From an uncultured bacterium (GTDB lineage Bacteria > Patescibacteriota > JABMPQ01 > CAVVCK01): 64,000 nucleotides of DNA. The first letter of the stretch is position 1. Each line of letters opens with the position of its first letter. Below, piece after piece: positions 1-10,180 of the stretch. Below the pieces are notes generated by a model. That model searched no databases. It was given only the letters and a program-made list of their open reading frames with translations, and had not been told where the DNA came from. The stretch lies in the NCBI GenBank assembly GCA_963746775.1, contig CAVVCK010000001.1:211050-275049 (forward strand). Reading direction: 5' to 3'. A program made the position numbers and the translations under genes.

Positions 1-393
<393 letters not shown>

Positions 394-437
394 TTATTAG
401 TATAATTCGTATTAATTAGTATATTAGTATCGAATAC

Positions 438-728
438 TTATTTTACTATTGCTAATAAATCATCAATCCCAGCTACTAAATATTCTTCGTCTTCAATCTT
501 TATTTCGTCAGGACCATATTTTTTAAACAAGACTACATCGCCTTCCTTGACTGACATATCGGATTTATTACCATTTGATAAAGTTTTACCAAGACCAACA
601 GCAACGACTTCAGCTTTTTCTGGTTTTTCTTTCTCAGCTGTATCAGGTAAAATAATTCCTCCTTTAGTTTTTTCTTCTTTGGCAATTGGCTTTAGGATAA
701 CATTGTCTCCTAATGGTTGTAATTTCAT
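438..728 (-). CDS. groES: Co-chaperonin GroES
   Basis: 96 aa, MKLQPLGDNVILKP...GIILPDTAEKEKP..VVAVG..GDVVLFKKYG motif pattern of Cpn10; adjacent to groEL. Confidence 0.9.
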   Translation of the reverse strand: MKLQPLGDNVILKPIAKEEKTKGGIILPDTAEKEKPEKAEVVAVGLGKTLSNGNKSDMSVKEGDVVLFKKYGPDEIKIEDEEYLVAGIDDLLAIVK

Positions 729-757
729 ATTTTTCTTTATTAATTAATGATTATTTT

Positions 758-822
758 TTAGCAATCTTTTTGTTAGACTGCCAGTGTATCCTATAATTTA
801 TATTATGTAAAATTTAGTGTCA
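758..822 (-). promoter_or_regulatory. Putative groES heat-shock promoter (TTGACA at 822-817, -10 near 800-793) with degenerate CIRCE-like inverted repeat TTAGCAATC-N9-GACTGCCAG (758-784) between promoter and start codon
   Basis: Seen in sequence; CIRCE consensus is TTAGCACTC-N9-GAGTGCTAA. Left arm has 1 mismatch, right arm 3 mismatches. The position immediately upstream of groES is the classic HrcA operator location. Confidence 0.3.
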
Positions 823-832
823 ATATTTTATT

Positions 833-963
833 TCCTCCTCCTTTAATAAGCTTGCCGGCCGACGAGGCAGGGAGGGATGGGGAGTGGTTCCATTTTAATT
901 TAGTAATTACTTTTTCCACGAAACCCATCCTACCTCCCCTTATTAAAGGGGAGGATTATCTTT
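833..963. repeat. Long GC-rich imperfect palindrome overlapping the 3' end of the 930..1931 gene
   Basis: Outer arms CCTCCTCCTTTAATAAG (833-849) and CTTATTAAAGGGGAGG (948-963); inner arms GGGAGGGATGGGGAG and CCCATCCTACCTCCCC. It is conspicuously GC-rich in an AT-rich context and could act as a terminator-like structure. Confidence 0.4.
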
Positions 964-1931
964 TTTAAATTCTCTTCATAAACCTTCCTAAAATAATCCC
1001 TTCTATCCTTCTCATGAAATTTCAACATTTGATCAGTTATAATTACATCCGTATCGTCACGCTGCCAGCTATCACTATTTTTCTTCATTTTTCCTTCCTG
1101 GATCTTTTTAAAATATTTTTCTACCAAATCACCTATTTTCGTATTTAAAATAGCTTCAAGTGATTTTCTTAGGATATCAAAGATAAATATTTTATCAACC
1201 TTTCTTTCTAATAAATTAGGATTATATTTTATAAAATTAGGAACGTACTTTCGAACCCATTCATTTTCTTCAATAAATTGGCCATATGCACCCCTATCCA
1301 AAAGAGGATAAATAAAAGTAACCCAATAACAAAGCATGGGATCATATGGCTTCTTAGCTAACCATTCTAAATTTAAACTTTTATCAGTTACATAAAAAGA
1401 TAAACAAATTTTATTAGCAATATTACTTTTATGCCGCCACTGACCCAATAAGAAAACTAGAGCTGTTATAAAAAATCTCGTCTGCCACATCCGACCATCT
1501 TTTATAATTACAAAAACATCAATATCACTATCTTCTTTGATATCATTTAAAACTAAGGTATTGCAAGCCGCAAACATTTTAATATTAGGTATAATTTGCA
1601 ATATCGACGCAATTCTTCTTAATTTCTTCCATCTATCTTTCGCTAAATTATGTCTTTTTTTTCTTAGCTCAACTAGCTTTTCATTGCCTTTTAAATAATA
1701 AAATCCATTTTTGCATCCTATTATTTTCTTTAAGCTTTTACTTTCGTCTAAAGCTTTTTGAATATCAGATAGTTTTATATTCCAATCTTTGATCTTCGAT
1801 TCTTGATCTCTTGCATAAAGCCACTTATAAATCTCCATTAATGTTAATGGATATTTATGTACACTAAAATAAGCTAGAGTAGAAATGATAGCTTCCTCCA
1901 GATCATTTAACTTATCTAAAAATTGAGGCAT
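930..1931 (-). CDS. Hypothetical protein with possible minimal nucleotidyltransferase-fold motif (..NDIKEDSDIDVFVII..)
   Basis: 333-aa ORF, no recognisable family beyond a DhDh-like motif; the assignment is weak. Confidence 0.45.
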   Translation of the reverse strand: MPQFLDKLNDLEEAIISTLAYFSVHKYPLTLMEIYKWLYARDQESKIKDWNIKLSDIQKALDESKSLKKIIGCKNGFYYLKGNEKLVELRKKRHNLAKDRWKKLRRIASILQIIPNIKMFAACNTLVLNDIKEDSDIDVFVIIKDGRMWQTRFFITALVFLLGQWRHKSNIANKICLSFYVTDKSLNLEWLAKKPYDPMLCYWVTFIYPLLDRGAYGQFIEENEWVRKYVPNFIKYNPNLLERKVDKIFIFDILRKSLEAILNTKIGDLVEKYFKKIQEGKMKKNSDSWQRDDTDVIITDQMLKFHEKDRRDYFRKVYEENLKKIILPFNKGR

Positions 1932-1937
1932 ATAAAT

Positions 1938-3674
1938 CTAATTACAAATATCTTCTTCGGGAAATTTTTCACAAATTAATTCTTCAAGATTATCTATTTC
2001 TCCTTGCTGTTCTTTAATAACTTCTAATAAATATATTGCTACCCGATCATATTTTACACCATTAGGTAAATTATTCTCATCCATTACTACTAGGTCTGGT
2101 ATTATTTCATTTACATCTTCGGCAATCAAACCTATATCTTGGCGACCCGAATTTTTATATTTAAAGCTTACTGGATTTAATTCTAATACTTTAGCTGTTT
2201 CTACTTCTAAATCCTTAATATCTTCTTTGTAGCGCCTAGATGAAGTTACTTCTACTAAATTATTACCATCTATTTGAATATCATTTCCCGATCCATTCGG
2301 TAAATTTTCAATTGTAAAATCTCCATCCAATACTGCTAACTCAACTAGAAAGTCTCCTCCCACAAAATGGCCACTTCTAGCCACACTATTAGATACTTCG
2401 CCATATACAGCTTCGCCAAAGTTACCATTAGCTTCAAAATATCCACCAAAACGATCATCATTGCTACCAGTATTACTAGCATAACCATAAACACCTATAC
2501 CATCGTCACCAGCTGCTTCAAAATAACCTCCGTAATTTAATCCTACTGTTCCAGCGGCGCTACCATATACACCTCTTCCATTGGTACCATTAGCTGAAAA
2601 CCATCCTCCATACTTTGTGCTACCACCACTATCAGAGGCCTGAGATCTGACACCTATGCCAGTACTACCGCTTGCACTAAAATATCCCCCCCAATTTTGA
2701 CCAGAGCTATTAGTCGCAATTCCGTATACACCAACACCTCCACTTGCTGAAGCTATGCCATATAGAGCTCTGCCATTACTCCCAGAATTTGCTGCATATA
2801 GGGTATTACCACTTACAACAGCATCTGACACAACAATTTGATCACTGACAGTTAGGGCACCTGTCATAGTATCACCACTAGCATCAACATAATCTGTATC
2901 CAAGTCGCTACTAGTTACAGTCCCATTCTCTATTTTAGCTGAAGTAATTGCATTATTAGCTATTAAAGAATTAGATATACCGCCATCAGTTACCCTTAAA
3001 GTAACATCACCTTCATCTCCACCACCGCTAAGTCCGGTACCAGCTGAAACACCAGTGATATCTCCTATAGTAATTGTATTATCTCCAGAATCATTATTAC
3101 TATCATCACTACTACTAGATCCCACCGTCACCCATTCTAACTCACTACCGTTGTAGGATAGTATTTGATTAGAAGTGCCGGCGTTAGAAGTGGCTATATT
3201 ATCATAGTGAACTATGTCTGATCCTAATAAATTGCCTACAGTCAAGTTTCCTGAAAAATAGCCGTCTCTAAATCTATAAGTATCTTTACCAATATCATTA
3301 GAAGCATCTAATCCTGGATAAATATGATCTCCTATCTTCAAAGCTCTTTCATCACTATAGCCCAAAGATGGTCCTCCGAATAAATAGCCGTCTATTCTAA
3401 CATTATCTCCAAAAGTTACAGGCATATCTGCTCCCGTATCAACATTAGTGGTATTGTTAATGATAGTACCATTAAAGAAGGTAACACCACCTGCGCCTTG
3501 TTTACCAACGTAAATAGAATCAAATCTGGCAGTATTATTAACTACCAACTCATCATTATAATTAACAATGGAAGCGGGTTGAAGAATTTTTACATCATCA
3601 GCTAATACCGGCTTAGACAACAAAAAAACACTAAACACAAAAGCAAACGATATAAGTTTACAATATTTCAACAT
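1938..3674 (-). CDS. Secreted Gly/Ser-rich tail-fibre-like protein (paralog 1) with C-terminal peptidase S74 intramolecular-chaperone-like domain
   Basis: N-terminal signal peptide MLKYCKLISFAFVFSVFLLSKPVLA. Conserved module VGKQGAGGVTFFNGTIINNTTNVDTG..PVTFGDNVRIDG is shared with ORFs 27482..28777 and 45336..46382. It has ITSAKIENGTVTSSDL-type tail-fibre repeats and GGYFEA/GVYG repeats. The C-terminus SSRRYKEDIKDL..LNPVSFKYK..GLIAEDVNEIIPDLV resembles the endosialidase-chaperone auto-cleaving domain (S-D/S-x-R-x-K-x-(D/N)-I). Confidence 0.6.
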   Translation of the reverse strand: MLKYCKLISFAFVFSVFLLSKPVLADDVKILQPASIVNYNDELVVNNTARFDSIYVGKQGAGGVTFFNGTIINNTTNVDTGADMPVTFGDNVRIDGYLFGGPSLGYSDERALKIGDHIYPGLDASNDIGKDTYRFRDGYFSGNLTVGNLLGSDIVHYDNIATSNAGTSNQILSYNGSELEWVTVGSSSSDDSNNDSGDNTITIGDITGVSAGTGLSGGGDEGDVTLRVTDGGISNSLIANNAITSAKIENGTVTSSDLDTDYVDASGDTMTGALTVSDQIVVSDAVVSGNTLYAANSGSNGRALYGIASASGGVGVYGIATNSSGQNWGGYFSASGSTGIGVRSQASDSGGSTKYGGWFSANGTNGRGVYGSAAGTVGLNYGGYFEAAGDDGIGVYGYASNTGSNDDRFGGYFEANGNFGEAVYGEVSNSVARSGHFVGGDFLVELAVLDGDFTIENLPNGSGNDIQIDGNNLVEVTSSRRYKEDIKDLEVETAKVLELNPVSFKYKNSGRQDIGLIAEDVNEIIPDLVVMDENNLPNGVKYDRVAIYLLEVIKEQQGEIDNLEELICEKFPEEDICN

Positions 3675-3707
3675 TTTTATTTTATTTTACTTATATTATA
3701 GCCTATT

Positions 3708-6557
3708 TTATCTTTTATTAAAATATTTTTTCAAGTATTCTCCCGTATAACTTCCCTTAACTTTAGTAATATCTCTCGGCGTCCCTTCCGCTACCAAATA
3801 GCCTCCTTTATCTCCACCCTCCGGCCCTAAATCAATTATCCAATCAGCACATTTTATTACATCTAAATTATGTTCGATAATTAAAACTGTATTTTTCATA
3901 TCGGCTAATTTATTCAAAACATTTAGCAATCTTTTTACATCATCAAAATGTAGGCCAGTTGTCGGTTCATCTAAAATGTATAATGTTTTGCCCGTAGCTC
4001 TTTTGGATAGTTCGGAAGCGAGCTTTATTCTCTGCGCCTCTCCGCCCGATAACGTCGTTGCTGGTTGTCCTAATTGTATATAGCCTAGCCCCACTTCGGA
4101 TAGAGTCTTTAATTTTTGCTTTAGAGCTGGGATATTGGCAAAAAAGGTTAAAGCCTCATCTACTGTCATATTAAGCACTTCTGATATATCTTTATTTTTA
4201 TAATGGATTTCTAGAGCTTGTTTATTATATCTCTTGCCCTGGCATTCTTCACATTTTACATATATATCTGGCAAAAAATGCATCTCAATTAATACTTGCC
4301 CTTCTCCCTGGCAAGCTTCACATCTACCGCCTTTAACATTAAAACTAAACCTGCCCGGCTTATAACCTCTAATTCTAGCTTCTTGTGTTGCAGCAAATAA
4401 ATCTCTTATGTAGGTAAATATTCCCGTATAAGTAGCAGGATTAGAACGAGGAGTGCGGCCAATAGGAGATTGATCTATGCGCACTACTTTATCAATATTT
4501 TCAAAACCCTTTATTTCTTTGTACTTACCCGGCCTAGACTTCGCTCTATAAAATTTCTCAGCCAAAGCTTTACCTAATATATCATCCATTAAGGTACTCT
4601 TGCCCGAACCAGATACTCCTGTAATGCAAACAAACTTACCAAGTGGAATTGAAACATTTATATTTTTTAAATTAAATTCCGAAGCACCAATTATTTTCAA
4701 AGATTTTCCATTACCAGACCGAAATTTCTTAGGCACGCTAATCTTTTCCCTACCCGAAAGATAAGCGCCCGTTAAAGATTTTTTGGATTTTTTAATAGCT
4801 AATATTTTCCCCTGAGCTATAACTTCACCGCCAAATTTACCAGCCCTGGGTCCGATATCTATCACTTCATCAGCAGCTTCCATCATGCTCTCATCGTGTT
4901 CAACCACAATTACTGTATTACCTAGGTCCCTTAAATTCTGTAATGTTTTAATCAACCTGTTATTATCTCTTTGGTGTAAACCAATTGATGGCTCGTCTAA
5001 TATATATATTACTCCAGATAATCCCGAACCAATTTGGGTAGCCAACCTTATCCTTTGAGATTCTCCACCAGACAAAGTCGCTGAGGACCTGTCTAACGTT
5101 ATATATTCTAAACCTACATTTTTAAGAAAACTTATCCTTTCCCTAATTTCTTTTATAATTTGTTCGGCAATTTTTAGTTCTGTTTTATTTAAATTATCTT
5201 TAGTACCTAATTTATTGAAAAAATCCAGAGATTTCTCTACACTCATAGCTCCCACTTCAGATATTGATTTGTCCAAAACTTTTACCGCTAAAGCCTGAGG
5301 GCTTAGCCTTTGACCATGGCAAGCAGGACATTTTTCTATTCTCATATACTTTTCTATTTCTGATCTGATATAGTCCGAATCTGTTTCTTTATATCTTCGC
5401 TCTAAATTTTTTACAATCCCTTCAAATGAAGTTCTGAATTGTGATACCTTTCCACTACCCGTAAAATTCTCCACCATGTAAATATTATTTCCCGTACCAT
5501 TTAATATTTTATCTAAATCTTCCTCTTTCAAATCTTTAATAGGGGTATTAAGTGAAAAATTATTTTCACGAGCTACAGCTTCCAATATCCTATAATACCA
5601 AGTCTGCCTGCCACTAGATGACGACCATGGGCGAATTGCACCTTCAGCTATGGTTAACCTCTTATTAGGAATAATTAAATCTGGATCAATCTTCAGCCTA
5701 TTACCTAACCCTTGGCACTCTGGACAAGCGCCATGAGGAGAATTAAAAGAAAAGTTTCTGGGATTTAATTCTCGAAAACTAATTTTACATTTTGGACAAG
5801 CAAAAAGTTCAGAAAACAGTATTTCCTTATCTTCTTCTAATAAGTAGACCATAACTACTCCATTACCTAATTCTAAGGCCGTCTCTAGAGAATCAGCCAA
5901 TCTTGATTTAATATCTTTCTCAATTACTAATCTATCAACTACCACATCTATAGAATGTTTTTTCTTTTTATCTAAATCCAAATCTTCTGCCTCTTCAATC
6001 GGATAAATTTTACCATCTATGCGAACTCTGACATAACTAGCCTTTCTTATCTCTTCTAAAACGTGACGATGTTCTCCTTTTTTATCTTGAATAATAGGGG
6101 AGAGTAAATTAATTTTAGTCCCTTTTTTTATTTCTAATATTTGATTCAAAATTTGATTGATGGTTTGTTTTTGAATTTTCTGCCCGCAGCGAGGACAATG
6201 AGGCTGACCAATACGCGCAAAGAGAAGCCTTAAGTAATCATATATTTCCGTAATAGTCCCTACTGTCGATCTTGGGTTTTTGGTTACACTTTTTTGATCA
6301 ATAGAAATAGCTGGTGAGAGCCCCTCTATCTTATCTACATCAGGCTTCTCCATTACTCCCAAGAATTGCCTGGCATAAGAAGATAGGCTTTCTACATAGC
6401 GTCTCTGCCCTTCCGCGTAAATAGTATCAAAAGCCAGTGATGATTTGCCTGAACCAGATAGTCCAGTTATTACTATTAATTTATTCTTAGGGATCTTGAT
6501 ATCAATATTTTTGAGATTATGAACCCTGGCGCCCTTAATGGTTATATAATCAGTCAT
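3708..6557 (-). CDS. uvrA: Excinuclease ABC subunit A
   Basis: 949 aa; N-terminus [67 protein letters not shown]; two ABC ATPase modules with zinc-finger Cys clusters. Confidence 0.95.
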   Translation of the reverse strand: MTDYITIKGARVHNLKNIDIKIPKNKLIVITGLSGSGKSSLAFDTIYAEGQRRYVESLSSYARQFLGVMEKPDVDKIEGLSPAISIDQKSVTKNPRSTVGTITEIYDYLRLLFARIGQPHCPRCGQKIQKQTINQILNQILEIKKGTKINLLSPIIQDKKGEHRHVLEEIRKASYVRVRIDGKIYPIEEAEDLDLDKKKKHSIDVVVDRLVIEKDIKSRLADSLETALELGNGVVMVYLLEEDKEILFSELFACPKCKISFRELNPRNFSFNSPHGACPECQGLGNRLKIDPDLIIPNKRLTIAEGAIRPWSSSSGRQTWYYRILEAVARENNFSLNTPIKDLKEEDLDKILNGTGNNIYMVENFTGSGKVSQFRTSFEGIVKNLERRYKETDSDYIRSEIEKYMRIEKCPACHGQRLSPQALAVKVLDKSISEVGAMSVEKSLDFFNKLGTKDNLNKTELKIAEQIIKEIRERISFLKNVGLEYITLDRSSATLSGGESQRIRLATQIGSGLSGVIYILDEPSIGLHQRDNNRLIKTLQNLRDLGNTVIVVEHDESMMEAADEVIDIGPRAGKFGGEVIAQGKILAIKKSKKSLTGAYLSGREKISVPKKFRSGNGKSLKIIGASEFNLKNINVSIPLGKFVCITGVSGSGKSTLMDDILGKALAEKFYRAKSRPGKYKEIKGFENIDKVVRIDQSPIGRTPRSNPATYTGIFTYIRDLFAATQEARIRGYKPGRFSFNVKGGRCEACQGEGQVLIEMHFLPDIYVKCEECQGKRYNKQALEIHYKNKDISEVLNMTVDEALTFFANIPALKQKLKTLSEVGLGYIQLGQPATTLSGGEAQRIKLASELSKRATGKTLYILDEPTTGLHFDDVKRLLNVLNKLADMKNTVLIIEHNLDVIKCADWIIDLGPEGGDKGGYLVAEGTPRDITKVKGSYTGEYLKKYFNKR

Positions 6558-6700
6558 TTTATATTTTTTAAATAGAAATTAATAATTAGGCATTAGGCAT
6601 TAATATTATTAGATTATTTTTTCTCATAACTAATATTCGATGTCTAATATATTTTGTTATTTAAGTATTATACTACCAATTTTAATTCAAAACAACCTAA

Positions 6701-6733
6701 AAAGAGCTTTAAAAGCTCTTTTTATTTTTTTTA
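6701..6733. terminator. Rho-independent terminator-like hairpin AAAGAGC-TTTAAAA-GCTCTTT followed by T-run
   Basis: Seen in sequence downstream of minus-strand gene 6769..7482. Confidence 0.5.
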
Positions 6734-6768
6734 TTCAATTTTAAATCTTACATTATAAATTATACGTC

Positions 6769-7482
6769 CTACTCAGCCTTAAAAGATTGAATTAATTGAT
6801 CGAATACTCCATCATCCTGGTGCTTATTATAGACATCAGTCATTTCCACAAATGAATCATTTAAAACAAAAACACCAACAGTCGAAGAAGTATAGCCAAT
6901 TAAATCCTTAAATAAATATAATGTGTTGCTGCCTTCTTCTTTTTTTTCAAATCCGCCAGAGGCATCTTCAAATAAATTTATATCATTTAAACCATCATAA
7001 TATCTCTCAATGGGAACTTTATTGTCATTTTCTTTATAGGCAATAATAATATCTCCCTGGTATTCAGCAACAATAGCTTGACCTTTTGGCCCAAAAGAAA
7101 ATTTATTTTCTTCCTCTAATTGATTAGCCTGCCAAGTATCTGGATATGTAAAAGATACACTCTGACCAGCTAAAATAGTTTTATATATATTTATATTTTT
7201 TTGATTCTCTTGATCTGTTTCTGCTTCACTGCTTTTTTCATCCTTCGTAACATCCGCTACGTTAATTTCCTGATCTATTATTTCATTTTTTTTATTAACT
7301 GCTGCAATTTCACTATTATTATCTTTTTCTTCACTATTTTTTACTTCCGCTACTGGAGAAGTTTCTTCTTTAATTTTATTATTTTGTATCACATTATAAA
7401 CTATTACAACAACAAAACTTACAAAAATCAGCAAGGCTATCATTTTTATAGTTTTATATTTTCTTTTTTTTCTTCTAGACAT
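6769..7482 (-). CDS. Hypothetical membrane-anchored acidic protein
   Basis: N-terminal basic stretch plus TM helix (IALLIFVSFVVVIVYNVI), acidic low-complexity linker, C-terminal globular domain; no family recognised. Confidence 0.5.
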   Translation of the reverse strand: MSRRKKRKYKTIKMIALLIFVSFVVVIVYNVIQNNKIKEETSPVAEVKNSEEKDNNSEIAAVNKKNEIIDQEINVADVTKDEKSSEAETDQENQKNINIYKTILAGQSVSFTYPDTWQANQLEEENKFSFGPKGQAIVAEYQGDIIIAYKENDNKVPIERYYDGLNDINLFEDASGGFEKKEEGSNTLYLFKDLIGYTSSTVGVFVLNDSFVEMTDVYNKHQDDGVFDQLIQSFKAE

Positions 7483-7500
7483 TTTATTTTATATTAAGAA

Positions 7501-8568
7501 TTATTCCTCTCCTTTATTATTTAAAAGTAATTTTAAATATTTAGGATCATTAGCATAAAGAATAGCGTTTTCTTCTGTTATCTCGTTATTTTTAACTAAA
7601 TCCAATAAAGATCTTTCTAATATTATCATACCTTCTTTGACGCTTGTCTGCATAACATTTTCTATCTGATAGGTTTTTTCTTCTCTAATTAAATTTCTTA
7701 TGGCTGGTGAGCTTTTTAAAATTTCACAAGCTACGATTCTACCACCTTTGATTCGCGGAAGAAGCCTCTGTGAGACCACTCCTAATAAAGTGCTCGCCAA
7801 TTGATATCTAATTTGCTTCTGTTGATGTGGAGGAAAAATATCAATCATACGATCCAAAGTTTGGGAAGCATTATTAGTATGCAGAGTAGACATAACCAAA
7901 TGACCAGTTTCAGCTAATGTAATTGCGGTTGAAACTGTTTCCAGATCCCTCATTTCCCCAACAAAGATAACATCTGGATCCTGCCTCAGAGCTGAGCGAA
8001 GCGCCTTTGGAAAAGATTTGGTGTCATTGTGCAACTCTCTTTGGTTTATTAAGCATTTGTCGGGTTTAAAGGTATATTCTATGGGATCTTCTATGGTAAT
8101 TAAGTGTTCTGCTCTGGTGTGATTAATAATATCTATTAAAGCAGCTAGAGTTGTTGTTTTACCATGACCGGTTGGACCTACCATTAATAGTAGTCCTTGC
8201 TTAGCTCTAGTGAAATCTGCTAACTGAAGAGGCAAATTTAACTCTTTTAGTGTTTTAATTTTCATTGGCAAAAAACGAAAAGCGCCACACATTGTTCCTT
8301 TTTGAAAATAAATATTGATTCTAAATCTGCCAATCTCCCCAAAAGCATAAGAGAGATCTATTTCTTTTTCTTGGTAAAGCTTTTCTTTCTGATCACTATT
8401 TAAGATTGATAGAACCATCTCCTCTACTTCCCTTGCACTTAATTTTTTTTCTTTATAGGAAGTTAATTTTCCATCAAAACGAAAAATAGGAGGCTCATCC
8501 GCTGTTAAATGCAAATCGGAAGCATTTTTATCTATAGCATGTTTTAGCAATTCATCTATTTTCATCAT
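7501..8568 (-). CDS. pilT: Type IV pilus retraction ATPase PilT
   Basis: 355 aa; Walker A GPTGHGKTT, PilT-type N-terminus MMKIDELLKHAIDKNASDLHL, length typical of PilT rather than PilB. Confidence 0.85.
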   Translation of the reverse strand: MMKIDELLKHAIDKNASDLHLTADEPPIFRFDGKLTSYKEKKLSAREVEEMVLSILNSDQKEKLYQEKEIDLSYAFGEIGRFRINIYFQKGTMCGAFRFLPMKIKTLKELNLPLQLADFTRAKQGLLLMVGPTGHGKTTTLAALIDIINHTRAEHLITIEDPIEYTFKPDKCLINQRELHNDTKSFPKALRSALRQDPDVIFVGEMRDLETVSTAITLAETGHLVMSTLHTNNASQTLDRMIDIFPPHQQKQIRYQLASTLLGVVSQRLLPRIKGGRIVACEILKSSPAIRNLIREEKTYQIENVMQTSVKEGMIILERSLLDLVKNNEITEENAILYANDPKYLKLLLNNKGEE

Positions 8569-8580
8569 ATTTTTTATTTA

Positions 8581-8679
8581 CTACGTACGAAAGCCTCTAA
8601 TATTATAATGGTCAAAGGCTTAAAAAAATTTTAATAAAATTATTTACTACACACAAAATACCTTTCGTATGCAGTTTAT
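8581..8679. repeat. Inverted-repeat motif pair (site 1): CTACGTACGAAAG ... CTTTCGTATGCAG flanking a roughly 68-bp AT-rich spacer
   Basis: Seen in sequence; same motif family as 15507..15617 and 23866..23938; lies 13 bp upstream of pilT start codon. Confidence 0.55.
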
Positions 8680-8710
8680 TTATCTTGTTAATTTTAGCAA
8701 ATTTTAAGGT

Positions 8711-9178
8711 TTAATTCAATAAATTAAGTTCTTCTAGAATTTGCCAAATAATATTTTCTGAAAAACCTTTTCTATTTAAATATTGACCTATTTTAGTAAT
8801 CTTATCTTTTTTCGTCTTACTTTTAATCATTCTTTCTTTTGCTTTGGCTAATTTATAAGCAAGTTTTATTTCCTCCTTTTCAGAAAAATTTTTCTTTAAT
8901 GTTTTTTCTACTAAATCTTGATCTAATCCTTTCTTAACCATTTTATTTTTACACAGAATCCTTCCTACTGGCCTATATTTAATTTGATTTTCTAAAAACA
9001 TTTCAGCATACTCTTTATCTGACAAAAGTTTATGTTTTAGAAAAAAATTTACTGTTTTATCTATTATTTCATCGTTATATCCTTTTTTAGCTAATTTATT
9101 TTTTATTTCTAAAACAGTCCGTGGATATTGAGATAAAAGTTTTGTGACGAAACTGCAGGCATTTTTAAAATGATCCAT
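8711..9178 (-). CDS. recX: RecX-like regulatory protein
   Basis: 155 aa, three-helical-repeat composition and RecX-like pattern (..LLSDKEYAEMFLENQIKYRPVGRILCKNKMVKKGLDQDLVEKTL..EKEEIKLAYKLAKAK..GFSENIIWQILEEL). Confidence 0.55.
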   Translation of the reverse strand: MDHFKNACSFVTKLLSQYPRTVLEIKNKLAKKGYNDEIIDKTVNFFLKHKLLSDKEYAEMFLENQIKYRPVGRILCKNKMVKKGLDQDLVEKTLKKNFSEKEEIKLAYKLAKAKERMIKSKTKKDKITKIGQYLNRKGFSENIIWQILEELNLLN

Positions 9179-9194
9179 AATAAAATTATGATTT

Positions 9195-9488
9195 CTACTT
9201 AAAAGGATTTTTTACCTGCTCAATTTCTGAAATTATATCTTGATTAACTTCTTTTCTTTTATTTAACTTTTCTAGCACCCCTTGGTCTACTTTGATTCTA
9301 ACATATTTATAATCTTTATTATCTACAGAAAGATTACTGGGACTAAGTACGGCTATATAAAAAATAACTGATACAAAAATAGCATTAGCTAGCGTTACAA
9401 ATAAAATAATTACTACCGCAGCTTGATCTAATTGGTCTTTGAAGTATGAAACTATTTTTGATTTTATATTTCTAATATCAATTTTCAT
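9195..9488 (-). CDS. Small single-TM hypothetical protein in pilus locus
   Basis: 97 aa with central hydrophobic helix AAVVIILFVTLANAIFVSVIFYIAVL. Confidence 0.4.
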   Translation of the reverse strand: MKIDIRNIKSKIVSYFKDQLDQAAVVIILFVTLANAIFVSVIFYIAVLSPSNLSVDNKDYKYVRIKVDQGVLEKLNKRKEVNQDIISEIEQVKNPFK

Positions 9489-9541
9489 TAACTTTAATTA
9501 TTTAACTATTAATTTTTTATTTAAAAAATTTGAATACACTT

Positions 9542-10174
9542 TCACCGAGTAAAAGCTCTAATTTCTAAAGTAGTCTTAACTATTTCTGCATTTGATAATT
9601 CCTCTTCTCCAAAAGGCTTAGTGCCCGATACAGGACTAGCGCTATTTGATTTTATTTCCATAGACACAACATCAGTATATACGCCTACACTTTCGAGCTC
9701 AGCTAAATATAAAAGAAGATTTTTGTAACTTCCCTGCAATTTTACCCTAAAACGTAGAGAGTTAATACTTTCTAAAGGATCCCTAATAGATTCTGTCTTA
9801 GAGTCTGTATTTCCATCTTTTTTATTTTTACTGCTCTCCTCTAATGTATTAATTACTTCTATTGTCTGGCTATTTGAAGTTTTTTCAGCTATATTTTCTA
9901 ATAAAACAATAAATTCTAGACCATTCTCTTTTGAAATTAAAGCTTTAGATAAATTATTCAAAGTTGATTTTGCTTCCTCTTCATCTTCTTTTAACTTTTT
10001 AAAATTATCTTTTTTTAAATCAAAATCTGCTATACCTGATTTTTGCTTTTTTATATCATCCGATAAAGCAAAAATATCCTTAACATAAGGGGCAATCACC
10101 AATACACCAAATACTACCAGTCCGAGACAAGTTGAAATAGTAATCAGGTAGATATTTTTTTTATTTGATATCAT
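9542..10174 (-). CDS. PilO-like type IV pilus assembly protein
   Basis: N-terminal TM helix followed by coiled-coil and C-terminal domain; position after PilM/PilN-like genes. Confidence 0.5.
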   Translation of the reverse strand: MISNKKNIYLITISTCLGLVVFGVLVIAPYVKDIFALSDDIKKQKSGIADFDLKKDNFKKLKEDEEEAKSTLNNLSKALISKENGLEFIVLLENIAEKTSNSQTIEVINTLEESSKNKKDGNTDSKTESIRDPLESINSLRFRVKLQGSYKNLLLYLAELESVGVYTDVVSMEIKSNSASPVSGTKPFGEEELSNAEIVKTTLEIRAFTR

Positions 10175-10180
10175 TATTTT

